From: an uncultured Planctomycetota bacterium
GTDB taxonomy: Bacteria > Planctomycetota > Planctomycetia > Pirellulales > Lacipirellulaceae
Reading direction: 5' to 3'
Assembly (NCBI GenBank): GCA_963719315.1
Contig: CAVRBU010000017.1
Location: forward strand, 64,001-128,000
Length of the DNA stretch: 64,000 nucleotides
The notes under the pieces: generated by a model
What the model saw: only the letters and a program-made list of their open reading frames with translations
The model's database searches: none
Told to the model about the DNA's origin: nothing
Made by a program: the position numbers and the translations under genes
In this document: positions 1 to 7,973 of the stretch, piece after piece
Numbering within the stretch: the first letter of the stretch is position 1
Layout: each line of letters begins with the position of its first letter

Positions 1-414
1 TTGGATGGGCCCACAAGCGGCGACTTGTTGGTGCTGAGCTGGGGCGGCACCTACGGAGCTTGTGCCACGGCCGTCCACAATGTGCAGGCCAAAGGCAAGG
101 CGGTGACGCACTGCCATCTCCGCTGGGTCAATCCCCTTCCGAAGGATCTCGGGGCTATCATGAAGCGGTTCAAAAAGGTGCTCATTCCCGAGTTGAACTT
201 GGGCCAGTTGCGGACGATTATCCGAGCCAATTACTTGGTCGATGCGATTGGCCTCAACAAGGTGCAAGGCAAACCGTTCAGCGTGGCCGAGGTGGCCGAG
301 AAGATGGAATCCATTCTCCGCGGCGATACTTCCAGCACGGAAGCCGCGCCAGAGCCGCTTGACTTAGAAGCTCCGCCAAAAGCGATTCTGGAAAAAGTGG
401 CCCACGGCGGGTAA
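1..414 (+). CDS. korA: 2-oxoacid:ferredoxin oxidoreductase alpha subunit, C-terminal part (5' truncated by window)
   Basis: WGGTYGA, HLRWVNPLP, PELNLGQL and GLNKVQGKPF motifs of the OFOR alpha C-terminal domain; directly upstream of the beta subunit. Confidence 0.9.
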   Translation: MDGPTSGDLLVLSWGGTYGACATAVHNVQAKGKAVTHCHLRWVNPLPKDLGAIMKRFKKVLIPELNLGQLRTIIRANYLVDAIGLNKVQGKPFSVAEVAEKMESILRGDTSSTEAAPEPLDLEAPPKAILEKVAHGG

Positions 415-415
415 G

Positions 416-521
416 AAGAAAGACAAGGAGAGGGGGAAACAAGGAGACAAGGAGATTCAGTTGGAGAGCGTTCACGAACGAATCTCCTTGTCTCCCCTTC
501 TCCAGGTTTCCTTGTCTTCTT
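416..521. repeat. Intergenic imperfect hairpin built from 8-nt units (GACAAGGA / TCCTTGTC)
   Basis: agacaaggag...aaacaaggagacaaggagattc opposite gaatctccttgtctcc...tttccttgtctt. Confidence 0.8.
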
Positions 522-564
522 AACGATTTAGGAAACTATCCCTACCAATAGGCATAAGCAACCC

Positions 565-1590
565 ATGAGCGTTGACCTCCCGCTTCCTGTTTTGAAACCA
601 GCCGATTTCGCCAGCGATCAGGACGTGCGTTGGTGCCCTGGCTGCGGCGATTACGCGATTCTCGCGCAAATGAAAAAGGTGATGCCTGCCCTGGGCATTC
701 CCCGCGAGAAGATCGTGTTCATTTCGGGCATCGGTTGCTCGAGCCGCTTCCCGTACTACATGAACACGTACGGCATGCACTCGATCCACGGTCGGGCGCC
801 GGCCGTGGCGACCGGCCTGAAAGCAGTCCGCCCCGATCTGATGGTCTGGGTCATCACGGGCGACGGCGACGGACTTTCAATCGGCGGCAATCACCTCATG
901 CACGCCATTCGCCGCAACCTCGATATCAACATCATCCTGTTCAACAACCGCATTTATGGCCTCACGAAAGGCCAGTACTCGCCCACGTCGCCGCTCGGCA
1001 AGAAGACCAAGAGCACCCCGATGGGCGCGATCGACAACCCGCTTCATCCGCTTTCGATCGCCATCGGTTGCGAGGCGACGTTCGTTGCCCGCAGCATCGA
1101 CACGGAAATCAAGCATCTGGGCGAAGTACTCAAGCGGGCCGCCGAGCACCCGGGCACATCGTTTGTCGAGGTCTATCAAAACTGCAACGTGTTCAACGAC
1201 GGCGCCTGGGCCTACGCCAAAGAGCGCGAGACCAAGGCCGACACGACGCTCGAACTAGTGCACGGCAAGCCACTTATCTTCGGCAAGAACCGCGACAAAG
1301 GCATTCGCCTCAACGGCATGGATCCGGAAGTTGTCGAACTGGGCAAAGGCATCTCGGAGGACGATCTGCTGTTCCACGACGAGAAGGCGCCGGAGCCCAG
1401 CTTAGCCTACCTGCTTAGCCGGATGCGTTACGAAGATGGTTACCCCGAACCGGTCGGCGTGTTTCGAGCCGTCGAGCGGCCGCGGTACGACGTGATGATC
1501 AACGACCAGGTCGAACTTGCCACCAGCGAGCGCGGCAAAGGCGACTTGGACAAACTTTTCGCTTCCGGCGACACTTGGGACGTTGCTTAA
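565..1590 (+). CDS. korB: 2-oxoacid:ferredoxin oxidoreductase beta subunit
   Basis: WCPGCGD, SGIGCSSR, GDGDGLSIGGNH...NN ThDP-binding motif, YGLTKGQYSPT. Confidence 0.95.
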   Translation: MSVDLPLPVLKPADFASDQDVRWCPGCGDYAILAQMKKVMPALGIPREKIVFISGIGCSSRFPYYMNTYGMHSIHGRAPAVATGLKAVRPDLMVWVITGDGDGLSIGGNHLMHAIRRNLDINIILFNNRIYGLTKGQYSPTSPLGKKTKSTPMGAIDNPLHPLSIAIGCEATFVARSIDTEIKHLGEVLKRAAEHPGTSFVEVYQNCNVFNDGAWAYAKERETKADTTLELVHGKPLIFGKNRDKGIRLNGMDPEVVELGKGISEDDLLFHDEKAPEPSLAYLLSRMRYEDGYPEPVGVFRAVERPRYDVMINDQVELATSERGKGDLDKLFASGDTWDVA

Positions 1591-1593
1591 ATT

Positions 1594-1687
1594 GTAGAAG
1601 GCACACGCGCGTGCCGTAACTGACGGCACGCTTTCAAATAATGCCCTATAGAAGTTCTGTGGACGACACGCGGAGCGTGCCTACTAC
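1594..1687. repeat. GTAG-type REP doublet (REPIN-like), degenerate
   Basis: gtagaaggcacacgcgcgtgccgt ... acgacacgcggagcgtgcctactac: inverted arms, each internally palindromic. Confidence 0.65.
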
Positions 1688-1691
1688 TAAC

Positions 1692-2219
1692 ATGATTCTC
1701 TGCCCCTACTGCGAAGCCGAGAACATCGAAGGCATCGACGAATGCCAGGCATGCGGCGAAGCGCTCACTGAGCTCAGTCGCCGCATTCCGTCGTCGAGCG
1801 TCGAGGCCGATCTCTTGCGCGACCGCATCGAACGGTTGTGGCCAAAATCGCCGTCCACAGTCGCCCCCGATGTGCCCGTCGGCGATGTGCTTAAGAAGAT
1901 GGTTGACGAACGAATCGGTTGCGTGATGATTGTCGACAAGGATAAGCTGGTCGGCATCTTCAGCGAGCGAGATGCGCTCATGAAGTTGAACGCCGACGCG
2001 CCGAAGTTCCTCGCGCGGCCCATTTCGCAATTCATGACGGCCGACCCTGTCACGCTTGAAACGAGCGACAAGATCGCCTATGCACTCCACAATATGAACA
2101 TGGGCGGCTACCGGCACGTTCCAATTCTGTTCGAAGGCAAACTGGCCGGCGTGATCTCGATCCGCGATATTCTACGGTATCTCACCGAACGCATCGCGGC
2201 GGGACCGGGGCGACGGTAG
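1692..2219 (+). CDS. Zinc-ribbon plus tandem CBS-domain protein
   Basis: CPYC-x11-CQAC N-terminus; CBS motifs LVGIFSERD, RHVPI, GVISIRD; ATG at 1692 chosen because the upstream part of the ORF lies in the REP. Confidence 0.85.
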   Translation: MILCPYCEAENIEGIDECQACGEALTELSRRIPSSSVEADLLRDRIERLWPKSPSTVAPDVPVGDVLKKMVDERIGCVMIVDKDKLVGIFSERDALMKLNADAPKFLARPISQFMTADPVTLETSDKIAYALHNMNMGGYRHVPILFEGKLAGVISIRDILRYLTERIAAGPGRR

Positions 2220-2312
2220 CCCGGCTTAATGTAAGTTGTTGCACGCCTGGCTGTCGGCAGCTTCTCAAGACCGGCGTAGGCGCCACGCAAATTTGCGTGA
2301 CAATTCAATGTC

Positions 2313-5300
2313 ATGTCATTCGGCGGTTCCAAGAAAACGATTCAAGACGTTCAACAAATACTGAAGAGAGCTGGCGAGGACGGCGCATCATCCGCGCCGC
2401 TCGAAGTGCAGCAGGCAATTTATCTTGCCCGCGAATTGTGCCGTCGGGCGCGGGAGCTGCAAACGCCGCAGGAGCGGCGGCAGCAGGCCGAGCTGGATCG
2501 GATGATGCAGTCGCCACGCGATAAGGTGACGCTCATGCAGCTTACCGATCAGGCGTTTCGATCCCGGCGGCCATATCGGGCTGCCGATCAACTCATTCAC
2601 ATTCTGGATGTGCAGGGCGTGCCGCGGTTCTTTAGCGCGATCGATCGCACGTTGCTGATGGGTTTCCAATCGTTCGGATCGTACTTGCCGGGCGTGGCGA
2701 TGCCGTTCGTGAAGGAACGGATGCAGCACGAAACGGCGAACGTCATCCTGCCAGCCGAGCGCGAGCTGTTGGCCGAGCATCTGCGGGCCCGCTGGGAAGA
2801 GGGCGTGCGGATGAACGTAAATTTTCTGGGTGAAGCGCTGTTAGGTGAAGAGGACGCCCGTCGGCGATTGCAAGGTTATCTCACGACTCTACAGCAGTCT
2901 GAGATTGAAGTCATTTCAGTGAAGATCTCGACGGTTTACTCGCAAATTTCCGCGATCGCTCGCGAGCACACGATCGATGTGCTATGTGACCGGCTGGAGC
3001 TCTTGTACCGTGCGGCCGCCAAAGCGAAATTCAATCGCCGCGACGGTACAACAGTGCCGAAGTTCGTGTATCTCGACATGGAGGAATACCGCGACAAGGA
3101 CCTGACGGCCGACGTTTTCATGCGCACGCTTGACCGACCCGGCCTGGGGCAGGCTCGCGCCGGCATCGCCCTGCAAGCCTACATTCCCGATTCGTTCGCT
3201 ACCCAGCAGCGCATCAACGAGTGGGCTCGCCGCCGCGTAGCGACAGGCGGCTCGCCTGTCACCATTCGCCTCGTGAAAGGCGCGAACATGGAAGCTGAGC
3301 GGGTTGAAGCCAGCCTCCACGGTTGGCCCCAGGCCCCTTATAAGACCAAGCTCGAAACCGACGCCAATTACTTGCAGATGCTCCACGAAGGCATGCGACC
3401 TGAAAACCTTGCCGCCGTACGATTGGGCATCGCCTCGCACAACCTGTTTACGCTTTCCTATGGCCTGGTGTTGGCAACCACAGCCAATGCGCTCGATCGC
3501 GTGCAATTCGAGATGCTCGAAGGGATGGCCAATCATCAGCGGCGGGCTTTTTTCGAACTGACCGGCAACATGCTGCTGTATGCGCCGGCCTGCAAGCAGG
3601 AGGATTTCACGAACGCCATTGGTTATCTTGTCCGCCGACTCGACGAAAACACGGGGCCGGACAATTATCTACGCTACGCGTTCAACATCGAGGTCGATAG
3701 CCCCGAGTGGAATACGCTCGAGCAGCAATTCATCGAGGCGTTCGAGGCGCGAGAGTCGGTCGGCACCGCTCCGCGGAGGACGCAAAGTCGGAGTCAAGAG
3801 TCAAGAGCCAAGAGTCAAGAGCCGAACAGTTCTGGCTCTCGAATCTCGAATCTCGACTCTCATCTATTCCGCAATGAGCCCGACACCGATTGGTCTCTTC
3901 AAACCAACTACGACTGGGCCAGTTCGATCATCGCCGCTTGGACGAACCGCAACGACGCAAATGCGGCCGATGTGCCGATCGTAATTGAAGGCGACGAGAT
4001 TCACGACGGCCGCCAGATTCGCGATTCGATCGACCCCTCGCGGCCCGGTACCGTGGTTGCTCGTTATCGACAGGCGACCGATGCCGACATCGATCGCGCC
4101 GTGCGTGCCGCGCGCGACGATGCCGCCGGCTGGCGTCGGCGCTCCCAATCGGAGCGCGTGGAGATGCTTCGACGTGCTGCGGCGAAGCTCGCTGCCGCGC
4201 GCGCCGATCTGATGGGGGCGATGCTTGCCGAGGGCGGCAAGACGCTGGCCGAGAGCGATCCCGAAGTTTCCGAAGCGATCGACTTCTGCCGGTTCTACGC
4301 GGACAGCGCGAACTACTTTTACAACTTGCCGCGTGTAGCGGCCCGCAGTCGAGGTGTGGTGGTCGTGGTTTCGCCGTGGAATTTTCCGCTTGCTATTCCA
4401 TGCGGCGGTGTTGCTGCCGCGCTGGCGGCCGGTAACAACGTGATTCTCAAACCGGCTTCCGATACGGTGCTCATTGCCTACGAGTTGTGCAAATGCTTCT
4501 GGCGAGCCGGCGTGCCAAAATCGGCGCTGCAATTCGCGCCATGTAGCGGCGGCACCGTCGGTGCAAGGCTCGTATCGCACGACGGAGTGGATGCCGTGAT
4601 TCTCACCGGCGGCACTTCCACCGCCGCCGAAATGCTGCGCAACAAACCGATAATGCACTTGCTGGCGGAAACGGGCGGCAAGAACGCCACGATCGTTACC
4701 GCCCTTTCCGACCGCGACCAGGCGATCAAGAACGTGCTCCACAGCGCGTTCAGTCACAGCGGCCAGAAATGCTCAGCCACGTCGCTGCTCATTTTGGAGA
4801 GTGAGGTCTATCTCGACGCCAAGTTTCGCGCGGCGCTGTGCGACGGCGTTGAGAGCTTGCACGTCGGCTCGGCGTGGGACTTGCCGACCAAAATAGGGCC
4901 GCTCATTCGGCCGCCCTCCGGTGTTTTGGAAACCGGCCTCAAAGAACTGGAGCCTGGTGAAGAGTGGGCCGTCATGCCGCGGCTGCACGTCGATGACAAT
5001 CCGCACCTCGTCAGTCCGGGCGTGAAGTGGGGCGTGCAGGCGAACAGTTTCACGCACTGCACCGAATTGTTCGGGCCCGTGCTCGGTGTGATGGAAGCTC
5101 GCGATCTCGACGAAGCGATTGATCTGGTGAATGCCACGGGCTATGGACTTACGTCGGGGCTCGAAAGCCTCGACGACCGCGAGCAGGCATTGTGGTGCAG
5201 CCGAATTCGCGCTGGCAACCTGTACATCAATCGCTCGACTACGGGCGCGATCGTACTGCGTCAACCGTTCGGCGGCATGGGCAAGAGCAGCGTGGGGCCC

Positions 5301-6107
5301 GGCATCAAAGCGGGTGGTCCGAATTACGTAGTGCCCTTGATGCGAATTACGGACGGCGGCGACGGCCTTTCCGTGCTCGCTTCCGAGGATGCCGAACGAC
5401 TGGCGCCGCCGATTAGAACGGCACCCGCGATTCTTTCAGAGCAGCAAGGGACATCGAGCGGACCCGAGTTGCTGCAAGACTTTTATCGCGCAATCGTCGA
5501 ACAGTCCGGTAGCGCCTCGAAGGCGACTGAGGATGAATTCCGTCGAGTGCTGGCGGCGATCACCAGCTACGAACACTGGGCCCGAGAGGAGTTTCACGCT
5601 GCACACGACCATTTTCGCTTGTTGGGCGAAGACAACTTCCGTCGTTATTTGCCGGTCGAACCGCTCCGGATTCGCGTCCACCCTGCCGATTCGCTGAGCG
5701 AGATTTTTTGTCGCGCCGCGGCCGCCCGCGCGGCCGGTTGTCGCACAACGATCAGCACACCGCGATCGCTATCGGGATCGGCCGCCGAAGCTGTCGATCT
5801 GCTCGACCAATTGACGCATTCGTGGGCAGGCGCGATCGAGTTCATCGAAGAGGACAACCAAAACCTGGCCGACGCGATTCGGGCTAGCCGCGTGGCGCGA
5901 GTGCGCTATTCCGCCCCCGATCGAGTGCCCGAAGCTATTCGATTCGCAGCGGCCGAAGCGCTGCAATACGTGGCTGATACGCTCGTCTCAGGACAGGGCC
6001 GCATCGAACTGTTGTGGTACATGCGCGAGCAGAGCGTGTCACAAATGTACCATCGCTATGGAAATTTGGGTTTGCGAGCTGATGAGCCGCGCGACGAGCC
6101 CGCGTGA
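2313..6107 (+). CDS. putA: Bifunctional proline dehydrogenase / P5C dehydrogenase
   Basis: PRODH motifs (NFLGE, LDMEEY, RLVKGA, ASHN, FEMLEGM, YLVRRLDEN) and ALDH motifs (SPWNFP, ETGGKN, GQKCSA, ELFGP, QPFGG). Confidence 0.95.
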   Translation: MSFGGSKKTIQDVQQILKRAGEDGASSAPLEVQQAIYLARELCRRARELQTPQERRQQAELDRMMQSPRDKVTLMQLTDQAFRSRRPYRAADQLIHILDVQGVPRFFSAIDRTLLMGFQSFGSYLPGVAMPFVKERMQHETANVILPAERELLAEHLRARWEEGVRMNVNFLGEALLGEEDARRRLQGYLTTLQQSEIEVISVKISTVYSQISAIAREHTIDVLCDRLELLYRAAAKAKFNRRDGTTVPKFVYLDMEEYRDKDLTADVFMRTLDRPGLGQARAGIALQAYIPDSFATQQRINEWARRRVATGGSPVTIRLVKGANMEAERVEASLHGWPQAPYKTKLETDANYLQMLHEGMRPENLAAVRLGIASHNLFTLSYGLVLATTANALDRVQFEMLEGMANHQRRAFFELTGNMLLYAPACKQEDFTNAIGYLVRRLDENTGPDNYLRYAFNIEVDSPEWNTLEQQFIEAFEARESVGTAPRRTQSRSQESRAKSQEPNSSGSRISNLDSHLFRNEPDTDWSLQTNYDWASSIIAAWTNRNDANAADVPIVIEGDEIHDGRQIRDSIDPSRPGTVVARYRQATDADIDRAVRAARDDAAGWRRRSQSERVEMLRRAAAKLAAARADLMGAMLAEGGKTLAESDPEVSEAIDFCRFYADSANYFYNLPRVAARSRGVVVVVSPWNFPLAIPCGGVAAALAAGNNVILKPASDTVLIAYELCKCFWRAGVPKSALQFAPCSGGTVGARLVSHDGVDAVILTGGTSTAAEMLRNKPIMHLLAETGGKNATIVTALSDRDQAIKNVLHSAFSHSGQKCSATSLLILESEVYLDAKFRAALCDGVESLHVGSAWDLPTKIGPLIRPPSGVLETGLKELEPGEEWAVMPRLHVDDNPHLVSPGVKWGVQANSFTHCTELFGPVLGVMEARDLDEAIDLVNATGYGLTSGLESLDDREQALWCSRIRAGNLYINRSTTGAIVLRQPFGGMGKSSVGPGIKAGGPNYVVPLMRITDGGDGLSVLASEDAERLAPPIRTAPAILSEQQGTSSGPELLQDFYRAIVEQSGSASKATEDEFRRVLAAITSYEHWAREEFHAAHDHFRLLGEDNFRRYLPVEPLRIRVHPADSLSEIFCRAAAARAAGCRTTISTPRSLSGSAAEAVDLLDQLTHSWAGAIEFIEEDNQNLADAIRASRVARVRYSAPDRVPEAIRFAAAEALQYVADTLVSGQGRIELLWYMREQSVSQMYHRYGNLGLRADEPRDEPA
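3791..3861. repeat. Heptamer-unit (GAGTCAA) hairpin lying in-frame inside putA
   Basis: gagtcaa gagtcaa gagccaa gagtcaa gagcc ... ggctctcgaatctcgaatctcgactctc. Confidence 0.8.
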
Positions 6108-6148
6108 GGCCAGGACGTAGCGGGCATCGCCGCCAATCGTGAGACAGT

Positions 6149-6919
6149 TCACGTCGCAAATGTGAGACAAACGACTCGTCGGCAGCCGCTCAGCAAGGCG
6201 ATTGCAGCCACATAACCGTCACACGGCACAAGCCGTTTCAACCAACATTGCGAACGATTGTCGGCCTGCTTCAAGCCTGTGAGATCGATACCACCCTCGA
6301 ATGATTCCGCAACGGGCACATGAAAGTCGTCGAGCGAACCAGCGATTCCGGCGCCATAGGCTTTTAGCACGGCTTCTTTGGCGGTCCAGCAGCGCAAGAA
6401 TACGTCATTGCGAGTTTCGCTCTCGGTGGCCAATAATTCTGAAATCTCATCGGGGTGAAAGGATCGCCGCGCCAGTTGTTCCAGTTGATTCACTGGGCGG
6501 CATCGTTCGACGTCGATTCCAACGTCGCAGCCAAGGTTTACCGCAATCAGGGCTAGGTCGCCCGAGTGTGAAACATTGAAGCGAAGTTTCGATGCGGCAT
6601 ACTTATTGGCCAGCCGCAGCTTGGCGACGGCTTCGAAGGAGAACGAAATGTCTTCCGGGCGCTCGCCCAGATACCGGCCCAGCAGAGTTCTCAGGACGCC
6701 GCGCGTGACGATGAACTGTCGTCGAGGTTCGTCCAAGCGAAATTCGTCGGCCCGCGCCCGCTCATCAGTTGACAGAACGGCCAAACATTCGTTTGCGGAT
6801 AGTTCGCTGTCAACCAGTGAAACGGCCCACACGTGTGCTTCGTCGGCCGTCAGCACCGGCGGCATCGTCGCGTTGGGCCACAGAAGTTGCATGGGCAATG
6901 CCAATCTAGCCGCGTTCAT
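6149..6919 (-). CDS. Sfp-type 4'-phosphopantetheinyl transferase
   Basis: FNVSHSG, VGIDVE and WTAKEAVLKAYG motifs. Confidence 0.93.
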   Translation of the reverse strand: MNAARLALPMQLLWPNATMPPVLTADEAHVWAVSLVDSELSANECLAVLSTDERARADEFRLDEPRRQFIVTRGVLRTLLGRYLGERPEDISFSFEAVAKLRLANKYAASKLRFNVSHSGDLALIAVNLGCDVGIDVERCRPVNQLEQLARRSFHPDEISELLATESETRNDVFLRCWTAKEAVLKAYGAGIAGSLDDFHVPVAESFEGGIDLTGLKQADNRSQCWLKRLVPCDGYVAAIALLSGCRRVVCLTFAT

Positions 6920-7709
6920 CGATCGGATTCGTGGTTAAGCATTGTTCTATTCGGGCGAGGATAATTCGCAATGCGGGCGATGGCTCGTCGGCTATTGCTG
7001 CGCTCGCTGTGCCGCTTGCGAACAAGAAAAAATGCCCACCGGGCAACAGGCGCACGCTGCAATCTTGCGTTGTGTAGCGTCGCCATTCCATCAGGTGGCT
7101 TGCTGAAACTGCCGGGTCTTCCGTTCCTCCCAAAACTAGCATGGGCACGTCCAGCGGTGGTTCGTCGGCACAGGTATAGGATTCAATCATCTGAAAGTCG
7201 GCACGCAATGCGGGCAGCAACAGCTTTTGCAATTCAGGATTGTCGCGCACCGCCGGTGGAATTCCGCCATATCGATCCTGAAGAACGGCGACTAACTCGC
7301 CATCGGGCAACGTGTGCAGCGGCTCTTTCACGATGATCGTATGCGGCGGTCGGCATCCGGAGAGCACGAGCAACCGCGGCATCCGATGATTGTGGCGTCG
7401 CAGCGAGCGAGCGATCTCGTTCGCCAACAGCCCGCCCATGCTGTGCCCCAGGAGCACGAACGGGCGATCGAGCGCGTGCCGGCTGAGTTCTGCGCTCAGG
7501 GCCTCGGCCAAAGCGGTTAAGTCGGTGTACAGTGGTTCGTTGAGGCGGCCATCGTGCCCGGGCAGAGCCAACGGCAGCAGGTCCACATCGGGCGGCAGCC
7601 TGGGACGCCAGCGGTGATACGACGCAGTCCCGCCGCCGGCGTATGGCAGGCAAACTAGCCTTACGGCTGCCTGATCGTTTAGCTGCGAGCGAGAAATTGA
7701 GTTAAACAC
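6906..7709 (-). CDS. Type II thioesterase (alpha/beta hydrolase)
   Basis: RLVCLPYAGG, GHSMG nucleophile, LRADF and GGHFF motifs. Confidence 0.92.
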   Translation of the reverse strand: MFNSISRSQLNDQAAVRLVCLPYAGGGTASYHRWRPRLPPDVDLLPLALPGHDGRLNEPLYTDLTALAEALSAELSRHALDRPFVLLGHSMGGLLANEIARSLRRHNHRMPRLLVLSGCRPPHTIIVKEPLHTLPDGELVAVLQDRYGGIPPAVRDNPELQKLLLPALRADFQMIESYTCADEPPLDVPMLVLGGTEDPAVSASHLMEWRRYTTQDCSVRLLPGGHFFLFASGTASAAIADEPSPALRIILARIEQCLTTNPIDERG

Positions 7710-7973
7710 GGTTTTTTCGTCGGAGAAACGTGGACGGACTTGCCTGTGGCGCGGACCTTTCCGACACCCCTGAAAACACTTAGAATAGGGGTCCTACTAT
7801 GCTAATCGAAGTTGTTGGGGTGGGGGCAGGGTTTTTCCGATTGGGTTCAAGAGGGACTACTCAAAACGGCTCGCGATCGGATTCGCTTCTTTCCGACGGT
7901 GCTCGCCTACTTCGTCGAAGCTTCCAGCCCCTTCCGTTGACTCGCAGCCGCATGTGTTTTGATTTTCCGTGCC

